The notes: generated from the letters alone by a model not told the origin. A DNA stretch of 31,981 nt from a virus (IMGVR_UViG_3300037483_000942:1-31981); one strand, 5' to 3'; numbered from the stretch's first letter, positions 6,983-16,786 are shown. Numbers and translations are program-made.

Positions 6983-8982
6983 TGATTGACGTAAAAAAAG
7001 ATTCATACAGTGAAGATTCACGTATAGAAAAAATCAATAATCAACTTTCTCTTGCTCGCAAACATTTAAACGAATGGCGGACTCGGGCCGACGAAGAAGA
7101 AGAATTTTACGCCGGTGATCAATGGTCTGAAGAAGATAAACAGAAGCTTTTAACTGAAGGCAGACCTGTCATAACATTTAATAAAATTGTTAAAATTATA
7201 AATGCTGTTGCCGGTATTGAAATCCAGAATAAACAAGAAATAAAATACTCTCCGACAGAACCTACAGATGTAAAGTTTGCAGATGCTTTAAATGAAGCTG
7301 TTAAATTTGTTGTTTCTCAATGTGACGGAGAGGACGAAGAATCAGAAGCTTTTCAAGATGCATTAAAATTAGGTATTGGATGGATGGAAACATCTATCAG
7401 CTACGATGAAGATTTAGACGGTAAGATATCAATGGAGGCGCGCTCTCCTCATGAAATTATATATGATTCTTATGCAGTACGAAAAAATCTGAAAGATACC
7501 AGATGGAGAGCCAGAATACATAGTATTTCGGAAGATGAATGGGAAGAAAAATGGCCTGATAAATCACCGGAACGAGGAAGTTTTTGGAGTGATGAACTTG
7601 AGGCGTCCTCTGTCCACAATTTTCCCGGGGATGCCTACAAACGTGGAAATTCTGGTTTTGATATTCAAAACCCACAAAATATTTATATAGTTCAATATCA
7701 ATATTTTGAATTAGAAACAGTCTATAGATTTACAGATATTGACGGAGAGTTAAAAACAGTTACTCGCCCACAATGGAAAAAAATAAAAAAGGGTATAGAA
7801 GATTTAGGCATAAGATGGGTCGAACAAAAAAGGAAAAAATTTAAACAGATTTTTATTAACGGACAGCAAATCTTAGAAGAAGGTGATTGCCCCATTAATA
7901 ATTGGACTCTTCTACCAATTACCGGCTTACGTGATAAAAAAAGAAATTATTGGTTTGGTCTTCTTCGCCTTCTTATGGACCCTCAGAGATGGTCAAACAA
8001 ATGGCTATCACAAATTCTGCATATTATAAATAGTAATGCCACAGGCGGATTGTTGGCAGAACCGGCCGCATTCATGGACCCTAGCAAAGCAAAAGCAGAG
8101 TGGTCGAATCCTGCAAGCATTACAGAGATGACATCCGGTGGTTTAAATAAGATTATGCCTAAGCCATCACCTCAATATCCCCAAGGAATTGAGACATTAA
8201 TGCATTATTCAAATCAGTCTATGATGGAAACAACAGGATTAAATGAAGAAGTTCTTGGAATGGCCAACAGAGATCAACCGGGAATTCTTGAAATTCAGAG
8301 ATTAAAAACTGTTTATACAACGTTCAGTGTGTTTTTTAATTCATTGCGTCTTTATAGAAAAGAACAAGGTCGTGTTCTCGCAGAATTTGTTAAGGAATAT
8401 TATACGGATGGTAAAATTATCAGGATTCTGGGGGAGAGTGGACCTGAATTTGTTAAATTACTTAAAGACGATTTTTCTTTTAAATATGATGTAATAGTGG
8501 ACGAATCTGCAAAATCTCCAAATTCAAAAGATCGCACATTTGGTGTTCTTGAACAAATTCTTCCTGCATTCATGCAGATGGGTATTGCACCTCCAATTGA
8601 AGCATTAGATTATTTGCCATTACCGCAATCTCTCATTACCAAGTGGAAAGAATCTCTCCAAAAAGAACCTGAACCCGATCCTATGGAACAAAGGATGAAG
8701 GAGATGGAAATGATGATGTCCGAGTTAATGCTTGAGCGTGAAAAAATAAAGAACGAAAATACTCAATCTCAAACAGAGCTTAATTATGCAAAGGCCGCCA
8801 AGGAAGATGCGATGGCTGTTGATTATAATGCAAGAGCTGAGACAGAAGATTCATCAGAAGCGCGTAAAGATGCTGAGTTTGTTGCAAAAGAAAGAAGAGC
8901 GCGACTTGAAAATATTATTGAACTTCAAAAACCTATTATGGAAGGTATCAATGATATTAACACTCAATTCATGTGGGAATAA
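6982..8982 (+). CDS. Portal protein (P22-like)
   Basis: FYAGDQW, GRP.ITFN, DPQRW.NK and YDV.VD motifs with a C-terminal coiled barrel. TAATG coupling to terL and a GGGGAG RBS support the start at 6982. Confidence 0.93.
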   Translation: MIDVKKDSYSEDSRIEKINNQLSLARKHLNEWRTRADEEEEFYAGDQWSEEDKQKLLTEGRPVITFNKIVKIINAVAGIEIQNKQEIKYSPTEPTDVKFADALNEAVKFVVSQCDGEDEESEAFQDALKLGIGWMETSISYDEDLDGKISMEARSPHEIIYDSYAVRKNLKDTRWRARIHSISEDEWEEKWPDKSPERGSFWSDELEASSVHNFPGDAYKRGNSGFDIQNPQNIYIVQYQYFELETVYRFTDIDGELKTVTRPQWKKIKKGIEDLGIRWVEQKRKKFKQIFINGQQILEEGDCPINNWTLLPITGLRDKKRNYWFGLLRLLMDPQRWSNKWLSQILHIINSNATGGLLAEPAAFMDPSKAKAEWSNPASITEMTSGGLNKIMPKPSPQYPQGIETLMHYSNQSMMETTGLNEEVLGMANRDQPGILEIQRLKTVYTTFSVFFNSLRLYRKEQGRVLAEFVKEYYTDGKIIRILGESGPEFVKLLKDDFSFKYDVIVDESAKSPNSKDRTFGVLEQILPAFMQMGIAPPIEALDYLPLPQSLITKWKESLQKEPEPDPMEQRMKEMEMMMSELMLEREKIKNENTQSQTELNYAKAAKEDAMAVDYNARAETEDSSEARKDAEFVAKERRARLENIIELQKPIMEGINDINTQFMWE

Positions 8983-8992
8983 GGAAATTATA

Positions 8993-9154
8993 ATGCCTCT
9001 TAAAAAAGGAAAATCAAAAAAGACGATTTCTTATAATATTAGTGAATTAATTCATAGTGGTCGTCCAAAAATGCAAGCCATCGCTATTGCATTGCGAGAA
9101 GTAAAAGAATCAAAGAAAAAAATAAATAATAAAGGGAAAAAATATGGAAATTAA
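8993..9154 (+). CDS. Small basic conserved phage protein (MPLKKG...TIS.NI.E....G.P..QAIAIAL)
   Basis: Recognisable small phage family motif; AAGGA RBS before ATG 8993. Confidence 0.75.
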   Translation: MPLKKGKSKKTISYNISELIHSGRPKMQAIAIALREVKESKKKINNKGKKYGN

Positions 9155-10076
9155 TGGCTTTTTAGAAAGTGACAGTAAGGAAGAAAAGTGGGGTCCGGAG
9201 ATGGAAGCCGAGCCTAACGAAAATGAAATAGACTCTGAGGAGAGTCAGGACGAAGAAGAGATTGAACTTGACTCCCATGATGATGAGAGCATTGAGGAGT
9301 CTGAAGAAGAAGATAACGATGATGATTCTGAAGAAGAGTCGTTATCTAAAGAAGAAATAAAGGTTCGTAATTATAAAGCTGCTGTGAGAGAGGAGCGAGA
9401 AAAACGAAAAAATATTGAAAGAAAACTTCAGGAAAACCAAGACAAAATACAACGCATGGAGAATATCTTTTCTCAGATGCAAAATGCTAATAATCGTCAG
9501 CAGCAGGAAGAAAAATTAAATAACTTACCTACCTATGAGGACGATCCGTTTGAGTATCTCCGCCATCAAAATGAAATGTTGGTAAAGCAACAACAAAACT
9601 TATATCAATCACTGGCGCAACAAAATCAACAGTCTCAAACTCAACAAAAATTAAACAATCTTATTTCTGAGGCGAGTATTAAGGTAAAGGAATTTGCTAA
9701 AGAAAAACCTGACTATGATGATGCCTATAATTATTTAAGAGAGTTTAAGCTAAAAGAATATGAAATTAGTGGATTTACCCCCCAACAAGCCAGTGAGTTT
9801 TTACACGAAGATGAAATGAATCTCATTATGAATTCAAAACAAAAAGGGGAAAATCCAGCAAAAATTATTTACAATCTTTCAAAAATTGCCGGATATAATA
9901 GTAAGAATTCAAAAATTTCTGAAACAGATGCAAAACTTAATACTATTGAAAAAGGCATGAAGTCTTCTCCTAAAATATCAAGAACAGGAATGGGGAGACA
10001 AAATAAAGTAACATTGGAATCTTTGGCTTCTCTTGAAGGAGATGATTTTGATAAAGCATGGTCTAAAATGTTTTAA
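9144..10076 (+). CDS. Capsid scaffolding protein
   Basis: Acidic N-terminus, coiled coil (EEREKRK), F..E.PDYDDA and NPA..IY motifs; lies between portal and capsid. Confidence 0.85.
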   Translation: MEINGFLESDSKEEKWGPEMEAEPNENEIDSEESQDEEEIELDSHDDESIEESEEEDNDDDSEEESLSKEEIKVRNYKAAVREEREKRKNIERKLQENQDKIQRMENIFSQMQNANNRQQQEEKLNNLPTYEDDPFEYLRHQNEMLVKQQQNLYQSLAQQNQQSQTQQKLNNLISEASIKVKEFAKEKPDYDDAYNYLREFKLKEYEISGFTPQQASEFLHEDEMNLIMNSKQKGENPAKIIYNLSKIAGYNSKNSKISETDAKLNTIEKGMKSSPKISRTGMGRQNKVTLESLASLEGDDFDKAWSKMF

Positions 10077-10115
10077 AAAAAATACTTGTAAATACTTATA
10101 TATAATATACAATTA

Positions 10116-10155
10116 AAATATGAAGACTATCAGCATGTGAATAGTCTTCATATTT
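10116..10155 (+). other. Perfect 15-bp stem-loop in the capsid leader
   Basis: AAATATGAAGACTAT (10116-10130) pairs with ATAGTCTTCATATTT (10141-10155). Confidence 0.8.
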
Positions 10156-10232
10156 CGTCTAATCAACGTACCATGATTACCCGCGGTAAGCCGTGTAAGA
10201 GCTAAATTTTCGTTGTCTCAACGTTACTGAGT
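10153..10232 (+). ncRNA. Candidate cis-regulatory RNA of tandem H-type pseudoknots
   Basis: Two units of TTTCGT-N7-ACGT with loop/downstream pairing (TAATCA/TGATTA; CTCA/TGAG), plus a weaker middle unit. Confidence 0.5.
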
Positions 10233-10265
10233 AATAGAAAAATTTAACTTTTACGGAGTGAAATC

Positions 10266-11327
10266 ATGGCTAATACGTCATTTCCATTAAATGACCCACT
10301 AGCAGTAAAAATTTGGGCCAAAAAGCTTTATCGTGAATCTTTAAAGCAAACATGGGCCTATAAGTTTATGGGTAAAGATTCTTCATCAATCATTCAGGTT
10401 TATGACGAACTTGAAAAATCAGCAGGAGACAGAATCACTGTTGGTTTAAGAATGCTTCTAACCGGTGTTGGAATTGCGGGGGACTCGACATTAGAGGGTA
10501 ACGAGGAGCAGCTCCAATTTTATTCTGACAATCTGACAATAAATCAATTAAGAAACGCTGTTAGATCAGGCGGTCGTATTTCTGACCAACGTGTACCATT
10601 TTCTGTTCGAGAAGAAGCAAGATTTGCCCTTCAGGATTGGATGGCAGATATCATTGATTTTGGTTTTGTGAATCAGGTTGTAGGCTGGGCATCAACATCT
10701 ACAAATCTGACAGGTATGCAGACAACAACTACTTATGATGCAGAACACGTTGTTTATACAGATGGGCGTACAACAGAAGCAACAGTATGTTCAGGTTCGG
10801 CCTCAGCGGTCTTTAATCTAACCGCTATCGACGCAGCCGTTGCAAAAGCAAAAACACTTACGCCTCGTATTAAACCTGTTATGGTCAATGGGACTGAAAA
10901 ATATGTATGCTTGCTGCATCCGTATCAAGTTCGTTCTATGCGGACCAGTACAAGTACGGGTCAATGGATGGATATCACCAAGGCTATCTATCAAGGTGCT
11001 AAAGAAAATAATCCTATCTATAGCGGTGCATTGGGTGAATACAATAATGTGGTTTTACATGAATCCACTCGTATCCCCCTTACAACGTCCTCTGGTGATG
11101 GTACCGCAGGCGCAGGTAACTACCGTGCCGTACTATGCGGTGCACAAGCTGCATTCCTCGCATTTGGTCAGGAAAATACGGGTCAGAAGGCGATTTGGGC
11201 CGAAGAAAAGTTCGATTATAGTAATCAATTAGGTGTTTCTGCCGGTTTGATATGGGGTCTTAAGAAATCTATCTTTAATGCAAAAGATTTCGCGACCATT
11301 GTTATTAACACATTCGCAAAACCATAA
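10266..11327 (+). CDS. Major capsid protein, N4-gp56/DUF4043 family
   Basis: LEKSAGDRIT.GL, LEGNEE.L, YVCLLHPYQ, NPIYSGALGEYNNVVLHE, RAVLCGAQA and EE.FDY.NQ.G motifs. Confidence 0.93.
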   Translation: MANTSFPLNDPLAVKIWAKKLYRESLKQTWAYKFMGKDSSSIIQVYDELEKSAGDRITVGLRMLLTGVGIAGDSTLEGNEEQLQFYSDNLTINQLRNAVRSGGRISDQRVPFSVREEARFALQDWMADIIDFGFVNQVVGWASTSTNLTGMQTTTTYDAEHVVYTDGRTTEATVCSGSASAVFNLTAIDAAVAKAKTLTPRIKPVMVNGTEKYVCLLHPYQVRSMRTSTSTGQWMDITKAIYQGAKENNPIYSGALGEYNNVVLHESTRIPLTTSSGDGTAGAGNYRAVLCGAQAAFLAFGQENTGQKAIWAEEKFDYSNQLGVSAGLIWGLKKSIFNAKDFATIVINTFAKP

Positions 11328-11338
11328 GGAGAATTAAA

Positions 11339-11785
11339 ATGGCACAACCTAGAACAGCTTCGGCTTATGCGTCTCCACCCCGTAATAATGTTACCGGCGT
11401 AATTGCTGAAACATTCGCAATAACATATACTGCTGCAACTTCAGTAACCTCCGCTTTTCTTTTTAGAAAAATAACAGGATATTGTACAGTTCTCGATATG
11501 GCCGGATGGCATTCGACTAGTGGTACCGAATGTCCTGTAACAATTGGTGTTGGAAACATGACAACAGCAGGTGCCGTATCTTTTGCAGCGACAGCGATTG
11601 CTTCTGCTACAAAAAACGCCGCCTCAAGAACTAATACTCTTAGACTACCATATGTTGTAAGTATTTCTGATACTCAAACAAACAGATATGCAAATATTGT
11701 TGGTAAAGCTATTAACAGCTCACTAGGCGACATTACCGTAATAAAATATCATGTTTTATACGGCGTCCCCGGAGCTGTAGACTAA
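11339..11785 (+). CDS. Putative capsid decoration/minor head protein (Ser/Thr/Ala-rich, beta-rich)
   Basis: Immediately after the MCP with an AGGAG RBS and before the terminator, so probably high copy. Confidence 0.6.
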   Translation: MAQPRTASAYASPPRNNVTGVIAETFAITYTAATSVTSAFLFRKITGYCTVLDMAGWHSTSGTECPVTIGVGNMTTAGAVSFAATAIASATKNAASRTNTLRLPYVVSISDTQTNRYANIVGKAINSSLGDITVIKYHVLYGVPGAVD

Positions 11786-11812
11786 ATCATATTAAGTATC
11801 CCCTTAATATGT

Positions 11813-11853
11813 AACCCTCTGTTTTTTGGGCCTATTAAACAGAGGGTTTTTTT
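11813..11853 (+). terminator. Rho-independent terminator after the capsid genes
   Basis: AACCCTCTGTTT/AAACAGAGGGTT stem followed by a T-run. A second hairpin CATATTAAG/CTTAATATG lies at 11788-11811. Confidence 0.8.
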
Positions 11854-11907
11854 ATTGTGTTATCTATTAATTTATTTTATATTGATATTGATAACAGGGA
11901 ACTATCA

Positions 11908-13377
11908 ATGAATCTGCCGGATAAAAATCAATTAAAAAAATATCACCAGTTTGTCAAAAGCGAAAAATTAAAAGATAATGAAGAAAATGCAGAAGAAGCT
12001 AAATTTGCATTTAAAAGCTATATTCTACACAATCCCACATTAACAAAAGACAATAAATTTGAATTGTTTTTATGTTTTCTTGATCTAAGTATAATTGCAC
12101 GTCTTGAAGAAGATTTTTTTACATCTATTGAAATGTCATCAAGCGCCTTGGAGCTTTGTAAGGATGATCATAAACTAACTTCCCTTGTCCTTGGTAATCT
12201 TGGCATGGTTTATAAGAAATTGTCTCTTCACATAGGTAATTGTTCTTATAGAGAAAAGGCCATAGAAATATTTGAAAAAGCACGTGAACTTGATAAAAAT
12301 GTAAGAGAAAATCTTATTAATTTATCTTCCATGTATGTTTCTCTTGGCGAACCTCACATAGCAGAAGACATATTAATAAATAGATTAAAACCATTACATG
12401 ATGAACACCATGCTTGGTGGAATTATTCACTTGTTCGTTTAGAGCAAGGTGACTATGACAACGGTTTTAGCAGAATGACCCACGGATTTTCCTGTGGAAA
12501 GAAGGTTAGGCGTGGCTATGGTTCTAATAGACTTCCTGAATGGGACGGTTCACCTGACAAGACTGTAATTGTTTATGGGGAACAAGGCATTGGCGATGAG
12601 ATATTATTTTCAAGTGCCATTCCTGATTTAATGAAAACCAATAGAGTTATTTTTGATTGTCATCCGCGTCTTCAGAAGATGTTCAGGGAATCTTTCCCGG
12701 AATCCCATTGTTTTGGAACACGTAAATCAAACGATGCATATTGGCAAATATTTGATCAGGCGGATGCTCATACAGATATTGTTTCACTAATGCACAGATA
12801 TAGGAAAAAATCGGAAGATTTTCCCGGAACTCCATTTTTAATACCTGATAAAGAACTAGATAAATTTTATAAAGAAAAATTATCTAACCTATCGAAAAAG
12901 AAAAAAATAGGAATCTCTTGGAGCGGAGGCACTGCCGATACAGGTAAATTATTCAGACAACTTCCTTTGGAAAACTGGATACCTTTATTTGACATGAAAA
13001 ATCAATTTGAATTCATTTCATTGCAGTATCAAGATACCGCCCAACACGACATAGAAGATTTATTTGAAAAATATGATGTTAATATTCATCATTGGCAAGA
13101 AACTGTGGATGATTATGATCATACTCTCGCTCTTGTTAATAATCTTGACGCGATCATTTCTGTGCCACAATCAATCATTTTTCTAGCCGGCGGCGTTGGA
13201 ACAAAATGTATTCAATTAACACCTATTCAGTCAATGTGGCAGTGTGGTGTTTATGGAAAAGATGCACCATTTTTTAAGTCTGTAAAAAATATATGGCAAC
13301 CACATTCAACCGATTTCAAAGATATTATCAAGGGGGAAAAAGATAATATATGCAAATTGCTCAAGACAAAAATTTAA
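11908..13377 (+). CDS. TPR-repeat plus GT-B glycosyltransferase (GT9-like/FlmG-like architecture)
   Basis: TPR helices (LGNLGMVY, AIEIFEKARELD, AWWNYSLVRL..GDY), then WDGS..VIVYGEQGIGDEILF, IGISWSGG, FISLQY and LALVNNLDAIISV. Confidence 0.85.
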   Translation: MNLPDKNQLKKYHQFVKSEKLKDNEENAEEAKFAFKSYILHNPTLTKDNKFELFLCFLDLSIIARLEEDFFTSIEMSSSALELCKDDHKLTSLVLGNLGMVYKKLSLHIGNCSYREKAIEIFEKARELDKNVRENLINLSSMYVSLGEPHIAEDILINRLKPLHDEHHAWWNYSLVRLEQGDYDNGFSRMTHGFSCGKKVRRGYGSNRLPEWDGSPDKTVIVYGEQGIGDEILFSSAIPDLMKTNRVIFDCHPRLQKMFRESFPESHCFGTRKSNDAYWQIFDQADAHTDIVSLMHRYRKKSEDFPGTPFLIPDKELDKFYKEKLSNLSKKKKIGISWSGGTADTGKLFRQLPLENWIPLFDMKNQFEFISLQYQDTAQHDIEDLFEKYDVNIHHWQETVDDYDHTLALVNNLDAIISVPQSIIFLAGGVGTKCIQLTPIQSMWQCGVYGKDAPFFKSVKNIWQPHSTDFKDIIKGEKDNICKLLKTKI

Positions 13378-13895
13378 TAACCTCTGAATATCAGAAGTTA
13401 AATAAAGAGTTACATGATTCTAATAAACACTATGGGACAAGTGGAGCAAGTTATTTAAAAGATATTTTCAGAATTATGGATATGTTTAAATCCAATGATA
13501 TTTTGGATTATGGTTGTGGAAAATCAACCCTTCAACATAATTTACCTTTTGAAATAAAACAATATGACCCTGCTGTTCCTAAATACGCCAATCCACCTTC
13601 AAAGGCAGATATTGTTGTTTGTACGGATGTATTGGAACATATTGAGCCTGAATGCCTAGAAAGTGTTTTAAAAGATATTCTAAGATTATCTAAAAAAGGA
13701 ATATTTTTATCTATTGCAACAAGACCTGCAAAAAAGTTCCTCAGTGATGGCAGAAATGCCCATTTGATAGTACAGCCTGCAATATGGTGGCTTAATATAT
13801 TAACATCGATTGGATATGAAATTTTGATGTTTCATAATCAGGGTCTTGAATTAAAACTTATCTGTCAATCTGTAGAGGGAGAAACTAATGATTGA
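13350..13895 (+). CDS. Class I SAM-dependent methyltransferase (small-molecule/sugar type)
   Basis: ILDYGCGK motif I and DIVVCTDVLEHI. No DPPY/NPPY or PC DNA-MTase motifs. Confidence 0.88.
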   Translation: MQIAQDKNLITSEYQKLNKELHDSNKHYGTSGASYLKDIFRIMDMFKSNDILDYGCGKSTLQHNLPFEIKQYDPAVPKYANPPSKADIVVCTDVLEHIEPECLESVLKDILRLSKKGIFLSIATRPAKKFLSDGRNAHLIVQPAIWWLNILTSIGYEILMFHNQGLELKLICQSVEGETND

Positions 13896-14676
13896 ACCAT
13901 TAAAAATTTTTATTGGATATGATCATAGACAGCCCATAGCCCTACACGTCCTTGAACAATCAATTTATGAAAATGCAAGTGTGCCTGTATCTATAACACC
14001 TCTAGTTCTGCATACCTTACCTCTCGAACGACAGGGGCTCACTCCATTTACTTTTTCAAGGTTTTTGACACCATATCTTTCTCAATATAAAGGATGGTCG
14101 TTGTTTTTAGATGCAGATACTCTTGTTAATAATGATATAAAAGAACTTTTCGATTTAGCCGACCCTCGTTTTTCTGTCATGGTTTCAAAAAATGAAAAAC
14201 AATTTGAATGGGCATCTGTAATGTTATTCAATAATGCAAGATGCACTAAATTAACACCGGAATATGTTGAACAAGCATCAGGCCTTCATGTTTTATCTTG
14301 GGCACCTGAAGAAGAAATCGGTGAATTACCTAGTGCATGGAATCATTTAGTAGGATATGATAAACCAAGAGAAGATGCATATTTAATTCATTATACTCAA
14401 GGAATACCTGCCTTTGAAGAAACAGTAATGAGTGAATATGTTAATCATTGGCAATTTTACTTTAATAAACGTGTAATATTTGCCGAACCTTGGTTAAATT
14501 TAATGGGCCCCTCTGTCCACGCGACAGATTATAAAGGTCATAGAGTTCCAAAGTTTTTAATTAATGAAAAAACTGGGAAGCCCTTTGACCAATACAAAGA
14601 ACAAGTCGAAAAAGTAATTCGACTTCGGACGAGTGGGGCTCATAAAGATGGCGACGTTTGCGGCAATCAAGAATAA
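13888..14676 (+). CDS. GT-A fold glycosyltransferase (GT8/CDI-like nucleotide-diphospho-sugar transferase)
   Basis: IFIGYD, FTFSRFL.P, DxD motif FLDAD, WASVMLFN, WNHLVG and IHYT.G.P. Confidence 0.88.
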   Translation: MIEPLKIFIGYDHRQPIALHVLEQSIYENASVPVSITPLVLHTLPLERQGLTPFTFSRFLTPYLSQYKGWSLFLDADTLVNNDIKELFDLADPRFSVMVSKNEKQFEWASVMLFNNARCTKLTPEYVEQASGLHVLSWAPEEEIGELPSAWNHLVGYDKPREDAYLIHYTQGIPAFEETVMSEYVNHWQFYFNKRVIFAEPWLNLMGPSVHATDYKGHRVPKFLINEKTGKPFDQYKEQVEKVIRLRTSGAHKDGDVCGNQE

Positions 14677-15280
14677 TATAGAATCTGATCTAAACCGAAC
14701 AGATTTAACGACTTCTGTAAATAAATATATTAATGAAGCCATAAATTATTATTCAAATGAAAAATTCTGGTTTACCGCCGGAAGAACAACTTTTACAACA
14801 ACGCCTAGTCAAAAACCATATGGTGATGCCGACGGTGTCCCTAATTTTTCAAGCATCATAAACTTTAAAATAACCGTCAACGGTTCTGATAATCCTGTTA
14901 TCCCAAGGCCTTTTTCATGGATTGATAATGTTGATATTTCTTCATTTGAAGGTGACCCTTTATATTATGGATTATTGGAAAATTCAGCAGATCAAAGAGT
15001 ATGGTTGTATCCTGTGCCTGACGCAACATATACCTGCACAGTCACCTATCGTAAAACATATGCTGACTTATCTGCTTCGGCAGATACAAATGACTTCACG
15101 GATAAAGCTCAATTTCTTATAGAGGCCCGCACAAAGAAGAATATGTATTTAGAAGTCATTCATAACGAAGAGCGCGCCGCGCTTATGAATATGAAAGAAC
15201 AAGAACAATATTTAATTCTTAAAACACGTACCGATCATATGGACGACGGAGAGGCTGATATTTTACCGAGGGATTTTTAA
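14648..15280 (+). CDS. Head-tail adaptor protein
   Basis: DLNRTDLT...INEAI, G.P.YY and LYPVPDATY motifs typical of podophage adaptors. Confidence 0.75.
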   Translation: MATFAAIKNNIESDLNRTDLTTSVNKYINEAINYYSNEKFWFTAGRTTFTTTPSQKPYGDADGVPNFSSIINFKITVNGSDNPVIPRPFSWIDNVDISSFEGDPLYYGLLENSADQRVWLYPVPDATYTCTVTYRKTYADLSASADTNDFTDKAQFLIEARTKKNMYLEVIHNEERAALMNMKEQEQYLILKTRTDHMDDGEADILPRDF

Positions 15281-16786
15281 ATGCCTTATATAGAATTTGG
15301 GGAATATCTTCCTGATCTACCGCCATTTAAAAATAATGGCGTCACAATTGCTACAAATGTTCGCCCTGGAGGAAAAAGCTATTTAAGTTTTCCCTCCCCT
15401 GTTGTTTTTTCAACCTCAGGCATGGATGATGATGTACAAGGCGCTATTTCAATTAAAGATTATGATTCTGTTGTTTATAACTTTTTTGGAACATCAGGAG
15501 TAGGAGACGTTCCCATACCCGCTAAAATTTATCAACAAGCCGGTACATCATTTACGGATGTAAGCCAACTTGGAGGATATACGGTTTCTGAGGATGAAAT
15601 ATGGGAATTTGCTCAATGGGGAAATGGGGTTGTCGCCACAAACTATTCTGATAATCCACAACATTTAACTTTAGGAAATGCCTCATTTTCTGATTTGGCT
15701 GGCACTCCTCCTAAGGCGCGTCATATGGCAGTTGTAAAAGATTTTCTTGTATTGGGCAATATCAATGATGCGGTCGATGGAGCTGTCACAAATAGGCTCC
15801 GATGGAGTGCAGTGGGGGATATAGAAGATTGGTCTATATCAGCTGTTACGCAAGCTGACTATGAAGATTTAGAAGAAACAGGCGGCGAAATACAAGCAAT
15901 CATAGGAGGCGAATCAGGAGTCGTTTTCAGAGATTATGCTATTCATATAATGACTTATGTTGGGTCTCCGGTTGTCTTTCAAATTGATAAAATTGAAAAT
16001 GGAAGTGGTTTATTAGCCCCAAGAAGTATTGCAGTCCATGGAAAACTTATTTTTTATCTTGGAAGAGATAATTTTTATGTTTTTGACGGCCGTCAATCAA
16101 TACCAATTAGCACAAATAAAATCAATCAATTTTTTTTTGATAATGTAAACTTAACATGGGTTAATAGAATTCATGCTTCTATAGATTTTGATAAACAAAT
16201 TGTCCAGTGGGCTTTTCCAAGCAATAATAGTGTTAACGGTCTATGTGATAATGTTCTTATGTACAATTTTTCTGAAAACGGTAATAAAAGATGGGCATTA
16301 TGTGATAGTATTTCCACTTCATTTTTCGGATTAACCCTAACAACAGGGTATACACTTGAAGAATTGGACAATGTAAATATTAATCTTGATTTATTGCCAT
16401 TTTCTCTTGATTCACGTTTCTGGAAGGGCGGATTTGACGTTCTAACAGGTATAAACAGTGATTTTGAATTGGTTCAATTCGTAGGAACAGCATTTGATGC
16501 AACAATTGACACACAAGAAATTCAAATTTATGAAAATAATCGCGCAATGGTCACAAATGTACGACCTATTATTGATGGGTCTGCAAGTGTCGCTGTCTAT
16601 GTAGGAACCAGAGATAATCTTTCTGAATCAGTTAGTTTTAGTACTCCAAAAACCCCTAATGCCGCAGGTGATTTTCCAACAAGAGAAAATGCGCGTTATC
16701 ATCGATTTAGAGTAACAACATCGGGAAATTTCAACCACGCACAGGGTATTGATATTATTGAAGCATCAAACGAAGGTAAATATTAA
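15281..16786 (+). CDS. Tail nozzle/stabilisation protein (P22 gp10-like beta-propeller)
   Basis: FGEYLPD, WEFAQWG, LRWSA and ARYHRFRV motifs; follows the adaptor. Confidence 0.8.
   Translation: MPYIEFGEYLPDLPPFKNNGVTIATNVRPGGKSYLSFPSPVVFSTSGMDDDVQGAISIKDYDSVVYNFFGTSGVGDVPIPAKIYQQAGTSFTDVSQLGGYTVSEDEIWEFAQWGNGVVATNYSDNPQHLTLGNASFSDLAGTPPKARHMAVVKDFLVLGNINDAVDGAVTNRLRWSAVGDIEDWSISAVTQADYEDLEETGGEIQAIIGGESGVVFRDYAIHIMTYVGSPVVFQIDKIENGSGLLAPRSIAVHGKLIFYLGRDNFYVFDGRQSIPISTNKINQFFFDNVNLTWVNRIHASIDFDKQIVQWAFPSNNSVNGLCDNVLMYNFSENGNKRWALCDSISTSFFGLTLTTGYTLEELDNVNINLDLLPFSLDSRFWKGGFDVLTGINSDFELVQFVGTAFDATIDTQEIQIYENNRAMVTNVRPIIDGSASVAVYVGTRDNLSESVSFSTPKTPNAAGDFPTRENARYHRFRVTTSGNFNHAQGIDIIEASNEGKY

Noticed and set aside
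8786-8992. N-terminal extension of the 8786..9154 ORF
   Set aside because: It overlaps the portal. The recognisable family motif and an RBS begin at ATG 8993.
13350-13895. DNA methyltransferase / restriction-modification gene
   Set aside because: It lacks DPPY/NPPY or PC catalytic motifs. The DVLEH motif and the GT neighbours indicate a small-molecule/sugar MTase.
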